Origin: Alphaproteobacteria bacterium
Lineage (GTDB): Bacteria > Pseudomonadota > Alphaproteobacteria > UBA828
Direction: 5' to 3'
DNA: 64,000 nucleotides
Assembly (NCBI GenBank): GCA_965214705.1
Contig: OZ243972.1
Location: forward strand, 4,096,001-4,160,000
Position numbers and translations under genes: made by a program. Within the stretch, counting starts at the first letter, position 1. Each line of letters opens with the position of its first letter. Under the pieces are notes generated by a model. That model saw only the letters and a program-made list of their open reading frames with translations. It was not told the DNA's origin and ran no database searches. Shown one piece after another: positions 37,570 through 47,732 of this stretch.

Positions 37570-40500
37570 CTACGCGTCCGGCGTGTCGAGGAAATTGTCC
37601 TGCCGCTCGTCCGCGCTGCCGCCGCGGCCTGTGCGGGACGCGTCGAAGGCACCGGCGGCACGAAGGTCATCACCACTCAACAGGGGGCCATCGCAAATGC
37701 GGTCGAGCAGATCGGCCTGGCGAGCCTGGAGTGCAATCAGACGACCCAGGACGTGGAGCACGTTCATCAACTCCGTGGTGTACTCGGCAAGCCAGCCTTC
37801 GGGCTGGATCCTTTCGAGCGGCGACGGCGGACGCCGGTCACCGATGATGGGGCGGGAGCGGTCAAGGCGGCGATAGCTGAACCACTGCGCGAGCACCTGC
37901 TTGCCAGAGACCTCGTACTCCCACACCGCTCGCGACACGCTGTCGACGAAGCCGTCGCCGACTCTCAGTTGACGGGCGGCGGAATCGTACTCGATGCGGT
38001 CGGGATAGCGTTCTGGATCGGTCGGGATCGCGCCGTCCTTCGGGATGACGGGGCGCTCGCCTTCCGGCATCCGCGGCGGGCCATTGGGTCTACCTGAACC
38101 AGTGTCGGCGAAGCGCTCGCCGAAACAGTGGAGCCAGATGACCTCTCGTCCGATCTCGGCGGCCTCGGCGAAGAGCGAGGCGTCGGCAGTGATCGGAAAG
38201 CGCAGGCCCGGCTGGACAAGGTCGGATCGGAATCGAGCCGTGTACGCAGGATGCGCGGCAATCGCCGCGAAGTAGGCCATCAGGTCGGGGGCGCTGACGG
38301 CGATCCCCAAAGCTTCGGCCATCTCGCGGAGCAAGCCTGACTTCAGATTCGGCTCTTGAGCGTGGCGGTCAGCCCAGAGGGGAAATGCGCGACCTCCGAA
38401 TGATCCCTTGTAGTGATCCAAATCGGGTATCGCGGCAGAGAACGTGACCGCCGGACCCGTAGTGGGCGCGTGTGCTTGCAACGCCGTCAAGTAGACCTGT
38501 CGGTCCGAATGGTTCTCCCAGAGCGTCGGGTTAGGTTGATTGATGAGCCGACCGTCCGGGATGATCCACTGCCGATCGAACGAACGGAATCCGTATCGAG
38601 CAGGGTGAATCATGGCGCCCTTGTCAGAGGCCACAGAGCCGGAGCGAAACTCATGACCATAGAGCCTCCGTCGAAGCACCTTGTCGACGTGTTTGTCTCC
38701 CGGCTTGCCGCCTCGAAGGTGCGGGTGAAAGAGCATGCGCTTCTTCCCGGCGTCGGGTTCAGCCTGAAGCGCCTCCCACCGGCGCGCGAGCGAGGCGCGA
38801 TCGGGAGCGATAACCCATGTCCGTCCGGGCATGACGCCGGAGCCGTCGTAGGTGAACAGGTCCTCAAGCGGAGCGAACTCCGCCCACGCCCCGGCGGCCC
38901 TGGGGAAGAACGAGGCGCGGGACTCGGACGAGCATTCCGTCCACCCGCTGCCGTCCAGCGCGATCGCATCCAGCGCAGCAAACTTGTCGTTCCGGTGGCC
39001 CGACGGCAGCGCTCGATATCGCACTAGCGCCGGGGCAGATGACCCCTCGTCCGTGCATCGCAGCGCCATGACGATACACACGGGCTGCTGCACGCCCTGG
39101 AAGATGCGCGTGCGCACTTCCGGCTGATGTCCCTCCGGCGAGCAATCGATGACCCAGATCTCATCCGCGTCACGGCGCAGCTCGGCGCGCATCTTCTGGA
39201 ACCCGGGTCCGTTGAGGAAGCCCGCCACCGTGATGAAGGAAACGATGCCCTTCCTGTCTGCCTCGCGCCCTTCGATCCGTGACCGGTCGCCGTCTCCGAA
39301 CACCTTCCATGTCGCCCATCGCCAGAAATAGACGTAGAGGTTGCGCAGGTGCTTGGCATGGGCGCCGACGTTCCAGTCGGTGGGCGGCATCCATTCGCCG
39401 AGGGGCGGCGTGGGCACATCGGCCGTCGTGCCGCTCTCGATCCAGCCGCCGAGGCCCTTCGCCTTCTCCTTGTAGGGTGGGTTGCCGATGACGACGGTGA
39501 TCCTTTCCTGCCGCTTGATCTCGTTCGCGCGTCTGCGGGATTCGCCGAGGGGCTTGAGGATCTGCGGGATGTACTCCTCCTCGGCGTAAGGGTTGCCGAG
39601 CGTGTCGGTCACGAAGAGCCGCATTGCGGGTGTCGAGTTCGCGTCATCGAGGAGCGATTGCAACTCGGCGAGGAGGCGCAACTGGGCCACGGCGAAAGGG
39701 CCGAACTGAAGCTCAAAACCGATAAGGCGGGACAGGGCGGCTTCGACTACGCCGGGGACTGCCCCCGGCCCTTGGTCGGCCTCCGTCGCCTCCGCAATCC
39801 GGCGGAGAACGCCGAGCAGATAGGTGCCGGTCCCAGCAGCCGGGTCGGCGACGGTAACGTCCGGGGAAGCAAGGCCCTCCGCGAGAGCGAACCTCCTGTC
39901 GGATCGCAGCGCCTCGTCGACCAGGCGGACCATGGCGCCGACCGCCTCCGGCGGGGTGTAGTAAGAGCCCGTCTTCTTGCGCAGCTCGTTGTCGTAGACG
40001 CTCAGGAAGTCCTCGTAGAAATACAGCCAGGCTTCCGGGCTGCCCTTGCTGACAGCAGGCCAGTGAACCGCGTCGAGCACCCGCGTCAGCGTGGCGAGCG
40101 AGGTCTTCAATGTCGCCTGGTTGTCGGCGTCGTCGGTGAGGAGGCGAAGCGCAGTACCGATCAGGGAGTTGGTCTGGCGCAGTTCGTGAGCGACCCGGTC
40201 CAGACCTTCGGCGAGGGCGATGCTGCGCGCCCGCGCCATCAGCAGGCCGAAAGTCACCGCCTGAGCGTAGCCGTCCGCGAACGCTTCGTCCGTCGCACTC
40301 GGGAACAGGAGCTTCCGCCAGTCCGCGGCAAGATTCGTGAGCGGGGCAGACCCTTGCCCCAATTGCTCCGAAACCTCTTCCCGGAGCAGGCGGCACAGGC
40401 GTGCCGTGACGACGGCGAGTTGTACGGCCGAGCGGGGCGGCTGCGGCTCCCACTGAAAGAAGTCGGCGAACAGCGACACGAGGCCGTCCGGCGCAGCTAG

Positions 40501-40941
40501 CTTGTTGCCGGCATCGGCAACGTCGCCCTCCATGTGAACGACCTGGCCCTCGAGCTCGCCATTCCGCCAGAGGCTGAAGCCGTTGCCGTCCGTGTAGATC
40601 AGGTTGGGGAGAGTCTGCAGCTTCGTCCACTGCTCCTTGTCGTGCCGGTCCTGGAAGCGGCGGGGATCGGCCCCCTTGCCCGGCGCCTTGACCTCGATGA
40701 AGCCGATGAGGGCGTTTCGGCGGGTGACGGCATAGTCGGGTCGCGTCTTGAGATCGGCGAGCGATGTCTCGCCGACCGCCACGACGGTGCCCGGCGGCAG
40801 CCCCGTGAGTTCGGCGAGGTTCGCAATGAGACCTTCCAGCGGCGTGCGCAACTGGTCCTCGGGCGCACCGCTTGCAGCGGGGTTCGAGAGCTTCGATTTC
40901 GCCTCGAAACCGAATTTGGAAGCAGCTTCCTGGAGTGTCAT
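37570..40941 (-). CDS. Single-polypeptide restriction-modification enzyme (type IIG / type ISP-like C-terminal specificity domain)
   Basis: RPDY..GFIEVK nuclease motif, GSYYTP, DPAAGTGT (motif I), GNPPY (motif IV), YGFRSFDRQW, VWEYEVSG.QVL..W. Confidence 0.9.
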   Translation of the reverse strand: MTLQEAASKFGFEAKSKLSNPAASGAPEDQLRTPLEGLIANLAELTGLPPGTVVAVGETSLADLKTRPDYAVTRRNALIGFIEVKAPGKGADPRRFQDRHDKEQWTKLQTLPNLIYTDGNGFSLWRNGELEGQVVHMEGDVADAGNKLAAPDGLVSLFADFFQWEPQPPRSAVQLAVVTARLCRLLREEVSEQLGQGSAPLTNLAADWRKLLFPSATDEAFADGYAQAVTFGLLMARARSIALAEGLDRVAHELRQTNSLIGTALRLLTDDADNQATLKTSLATLTRVLDAVHWPAVSKGSPEAWLYFYEDFLSVYDNELRKKTGSYYTPPEAVGAMVRLVDEALRSDRRFALAEGLASPDVTVADPAAGTGTYLLGVLRRIAEATEADQGPGAVPGVVEAALSRLIGFELQFGPFAVAQLRLLAELQSLLDDANSTPAMRLFVTDTLGNPYAEEEYIPQILKPLGESRRRANEIKRQERITVVIGNPPYKEKAKGLGGWIESGTTADVPTPPLGEWMPPTDWNVGAHAKHLRNLYVYFWRWATWKVFGDGDRSRIEGREADRKGIVSFITVAGFLNGPGFQKMRAELRRDADEIWVIDCSPEGHQPEVRTRIFQGVQQPVCIVMALRCTDEGSSAPALVRYRALPSGHRNDKFAALDAIALDGSGWTECSSESRASFFPRAAGAWAEFAPLEDLFTYDGSGVMPGRTWVIAPDRASLARRWEALQAEPDAGKKRMLFHPHLRGGKPGDKHVDKVLRRRLYGHEFRSGSVASDKGAMIHPARYGFRSFDRQWIIPDGRLINQPNPTLWENHSDRQVYLTALQAHAPTTGPAVTFSAAIPDLDHYKGSFGGRAFPLWADRHAQEPNLKSGLLREMAEALGIAVSAPDLMAYFAAIAAHPAYTARFRSDLVQPGLRFPITADASLFAEAAEIGREVIWLHCFGERFADTGSGRPNGPPRMPEGERPVIPKDGAIPTDPERYPDRIEYDSAARQLRVGDGFVDSVSRAVWEYEVSGKQVLAQWFSYRRLDRSRPIIGDRRPPSPLERIQPEGWLAEYTTELMNVLHVLGRLIALQARQADLLDRICDGPLLSGDDLRAAGAFDASRTGRGGSADERQDNFLDTPDA

Positions 40942-41383
40942 CCGTGATCACTGGCCTCGCCAGACCAACCTCTCCGTTCAGATACTCGACCAGTGGAAAG
41001 AAGACGAGGCCTTATCCTCCTGGCCAGCCGGGCGCGGCCGACTCTGGGTCAATCATTCGGTGCTGACGGCGCTCAGCAGCTGGCAATGGTCGCTCGATCC
41101 ACAATCGTCGACTCCGATAGGCGCGCGGAACCGTCGCTCCCTCGTGGAAACCACGAGAGGCGAGAGTATGGTCAAGCTCACGATTGCCGCTGACGGGAAT
41201 GGGCGAAGCGTTCGTCTGGAAGCTCAAGATAGCTGGCTTGCCTCGCCAGACTCGGGGCGTCGCTACGGCACGCCCATTCACCACTCCAACGAGGAACGCT
41301 TCCAACCGCCAGCCCGGCGGCTACATTGTCACTGTGCTCTCGGCCTGAGTGCAGCGAATGGCTAGACGCCGCTCGATCCTGCC

Positions 41384-41790
41384 CTAGCGTTCCAAGAGCC
41401 AGTCCATCGCCTCGTAGAGTTCGTCTTCGTCGACCTCGCCTAGGGGGGCGGGTAGGAGAGGTCGTCGCCGCGTCTCTCCCCCCTGGGAGCCGGACGTGCG
41501 GGCATTACCGTATCCGGTTCCTCGCGTGTCGGGTTCGCTCAGGGAGAGCGCCTTGCCGAGGCCGCGCCGCAGGCTGTCGCCGCTGAGCCCGCGCGCGGTG
41601 GCGAGCTTCGAGCGCTGCGCCACGATGCGGGCCACGATCATGGCCACCTCGAGATCGCGAGGCCGCGAGCGTTTGCCGACAATCTGCTTCTCGTGATCCA
41701 GCCCGCGCAAGACGGCGAACACCTCTGCGACATGACCAAAGGGGCGCGAGCGAGTGATGTCGAAGCCATCGTCCTCGTGCGCCTCCTCGA
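41384..41790 (-). pseudogene. IS1634-family transposase internal fragment
   Basis: RSRPFGHVA, AMIVARI..SKLATAR, LGEVDEDELYEAMDWLLER. Confidence 0.75.
41447..41524 (-). ncRNA. Group II intron 3'-end remnant (domain V-VI-like)
   Basis: GAGGAACCGGATACGGTAATGCCCGCACGTCCGGCTCCCAGGGGGGAGAG...CTCTCCTACCCGC follows the DV/DVI pattern, with a degraded DV stem. Confidence 0.6.
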
Positions 41791-41950
41791 TGTCAGCGTG
41801 CCGCATGCGCCGCAGAGGCAGCGATGGGCGCGGTGTTCGGTGACCTCGAGAGGCTGCGGCTCGGGTACATCGAAGACCTGCCGACAGGCGGGCGCGCCCT
41901 GCCGGTCGGCGTCCGCGAGCTCAGCGCCACAGCCGGAACAGGCGGGAGGG
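41791..41950 (-). pseudogene. IS66 transposase zinc-binding fragment
   Basis: CSGCG..L...RQVFDVP..LEVTEHRAH...CGACG. Confidence 0.75.
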
Positions 41951-42344
41951 TGGTGGCGATCACGCAAAAGCGCGCGTATTCGCTCAAAGGCTTATCCCGT
42001 TGAGCACGGCTTCTCAATATGTGGGGCACCGGGTCGCCCGCCATTCGGCGGGTAAGTCCTTGAAACAGGGAAAGAACCGGGACCATGGCGAATGATTTTG
42101 CCGACGCGGCCGGCACCCCACATATGGAGAAGCCGGAGCCAGAGGGATAAGCCTTTTCGCTCATTTTGACAGCCTGATGTGGTGGAGCGTTGATCGGCGT
42201 GGCGCCGATCTGCAGTGCTGAGCGCGGTCCGGCTTGTGGTGTTGGTCGTCGTGATCGCGGTGGTGCGAGAGCGGCCCTGCAGGTTTGGCTGAGGGACCCT
42301 GTTGTTTTTCAGTCGATGAGCCGATCGTCGGTCTCGAGCATATT
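41951..42344 (-). repeat. Inverted copy of the right end of the four-gene IS21 (17423-17639), interrupted by a MITE
   Basis: Near-identical sequence including the last codons of the toprim passenger ([11 protein letters not shown]). Confidence 0.92.
41987..42155. mobile_element. IS1595-like MITE (169 bp)
   Basis: IR AAGGCTTATCCC / GGGATAAGCCTT extending imperfectly to about 45 bp; 8-bp direct repeat TTCGCTCA; the empty site is visible at 17600-17612. Confidence 0.85.
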
Positions 42345-42447
42345 CGCCTACCATTCACACGCCAGAGCGTCCCGAAACCTCGTACGCTGAGGTGGCCCCG
42401 GAAAATCGGACAGGTCGTTAAGGTGTATTCCACCGTCTGACGGAGGA

Positions 42448-42738
42448 ATGCAGATGAGCGGCAAGCGACGCAGGTTTTCGGGGGAGCAGAAGGCGAAGAT
42501 CGCGCTTGATGCGCTACGGGGTGATCGGACGCTCCAAGAGATCGCCTCGCGTCACCAGGTGCATCCGAACCAAGTCGGCGCCTGGAAGCGCCAGGCGATC
42601 GAGGGACTGGCGGAGGTTTTCTCGAACGGAGGCGAGCGCCGGGCGCGGGATCATGAGAGCGAGGTCCGCGATCTGCACGCCAAGATTGGGGAGTTGATCG
42701 TAGAGCGGGATTTTTTGTCTCGCGGGTCCGGTCGATGA
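42448..42738 (+). CDS. IS3 transposase OrfA
   Basis: HTH, QVHPNQV..WK, LHAKIGEL.VERDFL. Confidence 0.9.
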   Translation: MQMSGKRRRFSGEQKAKIALDALRGDRTLQEIASRHQVHPNQVGAWKRQAIEGLAEVFSNGGERRARDHESEVRDLHAKIGELIVERDFLSRGSGR

Positions 42739-43670
42739 GCCGGGCCGAGCGTCGGGCGATGGTGGTGCGCGACCATCCGTCGTTGAGCCTGAGCTGGCAA
42801 TGCCGGCTGCTGTCGATCGGGCGCTCCTCGCTGTATTACAAGCCGAAGGGGGAGAGCGCGGAGACGCTGGCGCTGATGCGTCGGATCGACGAGCTGTTTC
42901 TGAAGTATCCGTTCTACGGCGCCCGCCAGATGGTTCGGCATCTGCGCCGCGAGGGGGTGCGGATCGGGCGGCGCCGGGCCGCTCGGCTGATGCGCCTGCT
43001 GGGTCTTCAGGCGGTCTATCGGGCGCCGCGCACCAGCGATCCGCACCCCGAGCACCGGGTGTGGCCCTATCTTCTCAAGGACTTGCGGATCGAGCGGGCG
43101 AACCACGTCTGGTGCGCCGACATCACCTACATCCCGGTGCGCCGCGGCTTCCTCTACCTGGTGGCGATCATGGACTGGGCAAGCCGCCACGTCCTGGCCT
43201 GGCGGCTGTCGAACACGCTGGATGCGGGCTTCTGTGTCGAGGCGCTCGAGGAGGCCCTGGAGCGCTATGGCACGCCGGAGATCTTCAACACCGATCAGGG
43301 CAGCCAGTTCACCAGCTTCGCCTTCACCGGGCGCCTGCAGGCGGCCGGCATCCGCATCTCGATGGACGGCCGGGGCCGGTGCATGGACAACATCTTCATC
43401 GAGCGGCTGTGGCGCTCGCTCAAGTACGAGGCGGTCTACCTCCACGAGATCGCCGACGGCCTCACCGCCCGGCGCGTCATCGCCGAGTGGATCGGCTTCT
43501 ACAACACCGAGAGGCCTCACTCGGCGCTCGGCGGGCGGACGCCGGCCGAGGCCTACCGGGACGGCCCGCCTGTGGATATGATGGACAAGCCGCTACGCGC
43601 CTTGCCCACAGATCCACAGGCGCAACAGCAGCAACGGGAAGATCGATTCAAGGGGATTCTGGCGGCCTGA
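42735..43670 (+). CDS. IS3 transposase OrfB (DDE)
   Basis: WCADITY, NTDQGSQFT, DNIFIERLWRSLKYE, YNTERPHSAL. Confidence 0.93.
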   Translation: MSRAERRAMVVRDHPSLSLSWQCRLLSIGRSSLYYKPKGESAETLALMRRIDELFLKYPFYGARQMVRHLRREGVRIGRRRAARLMRLLGLQAVYRAPRTSDPHPEHRVWPYLLKDLRIERANHVWCADITYIPVRRGFLYLVAIMDWASRHVLAWRLSNTLDAGFCVEALEEALERYGTPEIFNTDQGSQFTSFAFTGRLQAAGIRISMDGRGRCMDNIFIERLWRSLKYEAVYLHEIADGLTARRVIAEWIGFYNTERPHSALGGRTPAEAYRDGPPVDMMDKPLRALPTDPQAQQQQREDRFKGILAA

Positions 43671-43813
43671 GGAACAACCGGAATACACCTTAACACGCAC
43701 CTGCGGTGCTAACTATCTGAACGAGGGTTGTTTTTTCTCCCCCACATTGTTGCATCCGGACGGGTCCGTCAACTCCCGGTTCCCTGGCTGCAACCGAAAC
43801 TGGAAGAGGGGAG

Positions 43814-44938
43814 ATGCCTGGAACCCACCTTACCGACGCCCGCGTCCGCGCCTTCAAGCCCCGCAAGACCGCATACGACATTCGCGACGGCAAGCTAAGG
43901 GGGTTCGGCCTCCGGGTATTGCCCTCGGGCGCCAAGCGCTTCTTCGTCCACTGCCAGCATCGCGGCGAGCGCGTCTGGAAGATCATGGGCGACGACGCCA
44001 CCATGGATGTCCGCGAGGCGCGATCGCGCGCCGTGACCGTCCTCGCCGCGGTCCGCCTGGGGGAGAACCCGCCACCCGATCCTGCCGAGACCCTCTTCGA
44101 GGCCGTCGCCGAAACCGTGTTCGAGCGCCGCAGCCGGGTCTGGAAGGCGGGAACGCTGGCGGTGAACCGGGCCTACCTGCGAAGCCAGATCCTGCCGCAC
44201 TTCGCGGGACGGCAGATCGCCGACATCGACCGCCGGGACGTCGCCAACTGGTTCGCTTCGCTGCGCGCCACCCCGGTCGCCGCAGACCGGTCGATGCCGG
44301 TGCTCTCCGTCATCATGCGCGAGGCCGAGGCAATGGGCTTCCGTCCCGAAGGCTCGAACCCGTGCAAGGGCATCCGGCGCTGCCGCCGTGAGGGGCGGGA
44401 GCGCTTCCTGTCGGACGATGAGATCCGCCGCTTGTCGGCGGCACTCACGGCCCATGAGGGGCTGCATCCGGAGCAGGTGGCGGTCGTGCGCCTCCTCCTG
44501 CTGACCGGATGCCGGAAGGGCGAGATCCTGACGCTGCGCTGGTCCGACTATCGAGAGGGGCGCCTGTTCCTCCGTGACTCGAAGACGGGCCCCCGAACCG
44601 TCTGGCTGTCCGAGCCGGCCAGGAACATTCTCGACGCCCTGGAGCGAAAGGGCCGCTGGGTGTTCCCCTCGTGCCGGACGGCAGGCCCGCAGGGCAACAA
44701 CTGGCTGGACCGGTTCTGGTGGAAGCTCCGCGCCGAGGCGGAGCTGGACGACGTTCGTCTCCACGACCTCCGCCATACCCATGCCAGCATCGCCCTGCGC
44801 GAGGGAGAGACCGTGCTCGCGATCGGTCGGCTGCTCGGCCATGCCAACCCGGAGACGACCCTCAAGTACACGCACCTCAGCGACGTCATGACGATGGAAG
44901 CCGCCGAGACCGTCGGCGCCGTGCTGGAAGGAAACTGA
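43814..44938 (+). CDS. Tyrosine integrase with N-terminal arm-binding-type domain (copy 1)
   Basis: GFGLRV.PSG.K.F, LLTGCRKGEI, DSKTG, HDLRHT.AS, LLGH..TT..Y.H. Confidence 0.92.
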   Translation: MPGTHLTDARVRAFKPRKTAYDIRDGKLRGFGLRVLPSGAKRFFVHCQHRGERVWKIMGDDATMDVREARSRAVTVLAAVRLGENPPPDPAETLFEAVAETVFERRSRVWKAGTLAVNRAYLRSQILPHFAGRQIADIDRRDVANWFASLRATPVAADRSMPVLSVIMREAEAMGFRPEGSNPCKGIRRCRREGRERFLSDDEIRRLSAALTAHEGLHPEQVAVVRLLLLTGCRKGEILTLRWSDYREGRLFLRDSKTGPRTVWLSEPARNILDALERKGRWVFPSCRTAGPQGNNWLDRFWWKLRAEAELDDVRLHDLRHTHASIALREGETVLAIGRLLGHANPETTLKYTHLSDVMTMEAAETVGAVLEGN

Positions 44939-44941
44939 TCG

Positions 44942-46135
44942 ATGGCCGGCAGGGAACGCGTGCGGCTGACCGACGCCGCCGTCGAACGTCTCCGTCCGCG
45001 AGAACGGGAGTTCACCGTCTGGGACGACCGCATCCCCGGCCTCGGGGTCCGGGTCCGGCCCGGCGGCGGGAAGAGCTATGTCTGGTTGCAGCGATCCGGC
45101 GGGCGCTCGAAACGCATCTCCCTGGGTCCGGTGTCGCTCAGGACCGTCGCCGAGGCGCGCAGGGAATGCCTCGCGCGGCAGCTCGCCCCGGAGCCCGACA
45201 GGGAGAGCGTGCCCACACGCCGCGCCCCCTCGTTCCGGGAGTTCGTCGAGGGCGAGTGGAAGGACGCGCATTTCGAGCGCTACAAGCCCTCCACGAAAAC
45301 GGGTGTCCGCTCGCTCCTCGCGAGCCAGCTGATGCCGGAGTTCGGCTCGATCCCGCTCGACCGCATTGCCACCTCACGGGTCAGGCGGTGGTTCGACACG
45401 TTCAGCCGGACCGCCCCGGTCAACGCCAACCGCGGCCTCGACGTCCTCCGCCAGATCATGAACTTCGCCATCGACCGCGGTCACGCTGACGCCAACCCGG
45501 CCGTAGGCATCGAACCCAATCGACGGCCGAAGCTCACCCGCTTCCTCTCCCGCGAGGAGATCGCCCGCCTCCACAGGGCGCTCGACGGGCAAGCCGGGCG
45601 GGGCAACCGCCAGCAGGCCGACCTGATCCGGCTCCTGCTGCTGACCGGGTGCCGCAGGGGCGAGATCGTGCGCCTGCGCTGGTCCGAGGTCCAGGGCGAC
45701 ATGCTCATGCTGGCCGACAGCAAGACCGGGCCCCGGAAGGTCCCCCTCAATTCGCAGGCCCGGCGTATTCTCGAACGGCAACCTCGGGGAGAGAGTCCAT
45801 TCGTGTTTCCGTCGGCGCGCGATCCGTCCCGGCCGCGCCACCGGGACTTCAAGCTCTGGTACCGGGTCCGCAAGGAAGCCGGCATCGAGGATGTGCGCCT
45901 CCACGACCTCCGTCATACCGTGGCTAGCCACGCAGTGATGAACGGTGTGCCGGTGCCAGTGGTTTCGCGGCTGCTCGGACACTCCAATGTGCGAATGACC
46001 TTGCGCTACGCTCACCTCGCAGATCGCGACATTGAGGCAGCAGCCGAGAGGATCGGCCAGGCAATCGCTAGGAGAATGGGACTGGACGCACAACTGCTCC
46101 CCTTGGATGCGTCGAGCGGCGGCTCGACCGGGTGA
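44942..46135 (+). CDS. Tyrosine integrase with N-terminal arm-binding-type domain (copy 2)
   Basis: VWD..IPGLGVRV.P.G.KS, LLTGCRRGEI, DSKTG, HDLRHT.AS, LLGHS..MT.RYAH; starts 3 nt after copy 1. Confidence 0.92.
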   Translation: MAGRERVRLTDAAVERLRPREREFTVWDDRIPGLGVRVRPGGGKSYVWLQRSGGRSKRISLGPVSLRTVAEARRECLARQLAPEPDRESVPTRRAPSFREFVEGEWKDAHFERYKPSTKTGVRSLLASQLMPEFGSIPLDRIATSRVRRWFDTFSRTAPVNANRGLDVLRQIMNFAIDRGHADANPAVGIEPNRRPKLTRFLSREEIARLHRALDGQAGRGNRQQADLIRLLLLTGCRRGEIVRLRWSEVQGDMLMLADSKTGPRKVPLNSQARRILERQPRGESPFVFPSARDPSRPRHRDFKLWYRVRKEAGIEDVRLHDLRHTVASHAVMNGVPVPVVSRLLGHSNVRMTLRYAHLADRDIEAAAERIGQAIARRMGLDAQLLPLDASSGGSTG

Positions 46136-46308
46136 CGCACCCGTTTCATCCGCTTCACGGCCGCGAGTTCCCAGAGGTCGAGATCAAGTCGACGATGGGA
46201 GTGAAGTTGGTGAATTGCGCGGGAGATGACGGCGTGCTGAGCAGCATGCGGCGAGCCTGGACCGGCGTTGCCTGCGAGGACCCGGGTGTTGTTTCGCACG
46301 CAATATGA
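46132..46308 (+). pseudogene. DUF5372-like (Y4bD/Y4pK) remnant
   Basis: VTHPFHPLHGREF....DDG.L.S...AWT....DP; not in the ORF track. Confidence 0.55.
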
Positions 46309-46965
46309 CGACGGCGTTGCCGGATTGATTTGAGCGCCGGAGGCGCGGATTTCTCGGATAGATCAGGCTTTTCCGGATCGATGAGCAAGCTGCGACGACG
46401 CATATCCGTTCGCCCCTTGAGGGTTGAACGGATGGTTTGGTCCTGCTGGTTGGGAGGAGGCTGCCCGCGACGCTCAGGGGCTTCAGGGAACGGGAACGAG
46501 CGGTGGCGGCACCATGGTCGGTGCCGGCCAGTGCTGCGCACTCGGCCGCCCGGGCGTCTCAGAACGGGGTATCCAACTCCGGGAACAGCGGCAGTTGTTC
46601 CCCGTCGTCGAGGGGCGGCGGGCAGTTGGGCTCGTAGTGTGTGCTGGGCAGCGCCCAGATCATACCAAGCGCAGGGCTGATTTATTCATTCGGGAAATCA
46701 TCATAAAATCAACCGATTACCGCGAACGGCATCTTCTCTTCAAAACCGATGCGCTCGTCCGAAAGCTGCTGTTGGATCAATGCAGTACCCGGATGCGGCT
46801 TCGATCTCAGCACTGAGAACGAATTTGCCGTGATACCAAGCGCGTTCCAAATTGAATCGCCGGCCCAATATGTTGTAGTGACGAGCTGGACCACCTCCAT
46901 AGACTGTGGTGATCGACTCACCAGCGTCGGAGGAGGACGATGAGTGCGGCAACGCCGATAACCTG

Positions 46966-47483
46966 GACAAGCGCTCGCGCCCCTTGCGGCGGTAGCGCCG
47001 GATGCCCTTGCACGGGTTCGAGCCCTCCGGCCTGAGCCCCATCGCCTCGGCTTCGCGCATGATGACGGAGAGCACCGGCATCGACCGGTCGGCGGCGACC
47101 GGGGTGGCGCGCAGCGAGGCGAACCAGTTGGCGACGTCCCGGCTGTCGATGTCGGCGACCTGGCGTCCCGCGAAGTGCGGCAGGATCTGGCTGCGCAGAT
47201 AGGCCCGGTTCACCGCCAGCGTTCCCGGCTTCCAGACCCGGCTGCGGCGCTCGAACGCGGCCTCGGCGACGGCCTCGAAGAGGGTCTCGGTGGGATCGCG
47301 TGGCGGGTCCTCGCCCAGGCGAATGGCGGCGAGCATGGTCACGGCGCGCGTTCGCGCCTCGCGGACATCCATGGCGGCGGCATCGCCTATGATCTTCCAG
47401 ACGCGCTCGCCGCGATGCTGGGAGTGGACGAAGAAGCGCTTTGCGCCCGAGGGCAGCACGCGGAGGCCGAACCCCCTTAGCTT
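46966..47483 (-). pseudogene. Inverted partial copy of integrase 43814..44938 (N-terminal half)
   Basis: Near-identical to about 43891-44408; lacks the start and the catalytic domain. Confidence 0.88.
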
Positions 47484-47485
47484 GG

Positions 47486-47582
47486 GGGCTTATACGCCCA
47501 ACTAGCCAAAACGCTAGACGTTGGGTTTCCGGGTTTACGGATCCCCGTATGTTGTAGTTCGGTTAGCTAAGCGTATAAGCTC
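47486..47582. mobile_element. Small IR-bounded element (possible IS1595-like MITE, 97 bp)
   Basis: GGGCTTATACGCCCAACTAGCC / GGTTAGCTAAGCGTATAAGCTC; no target duplication seen. Confidence 0.5.
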
Positions 47583-47732
47583 CTATTGAAAGCCTCCCCT
47601 CCCCTCCGGCATCGGCTTGGTAACCCCGGTCCCTTCGAACTATGGTGCGGGCGTGCGGACGGTCCGACACGGGAACGCATGCCCGCCGACCGTCGCGGGC
47701 ACATCGCCGGTGAATTCGACCGAGTCGTTTCG

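Larger units (their letters stand above)
42388..43694 (+). mobile_element. IS3-family element lacking the outer part of its right IR
   Basis: Left end TGAGGTGGCCCC...GTTAAGGTGTATTCC; only the inner GGAATACACCTTAAC (43680-43694) remains on the right. Confidence 0.85.

Noticed and set aside
40942-41383. Short ORFs upstream of the R-M gene
   Set aside because: No motifs, RBS support or repeats; treated as intergenic or degraded.
46545-46965. Lower-GC minus-strand segment reading like a gene end (..QLPLFPELDTPF*)
   Set aside because: Interrupted by stops, no recognisable family; too degraded to call.
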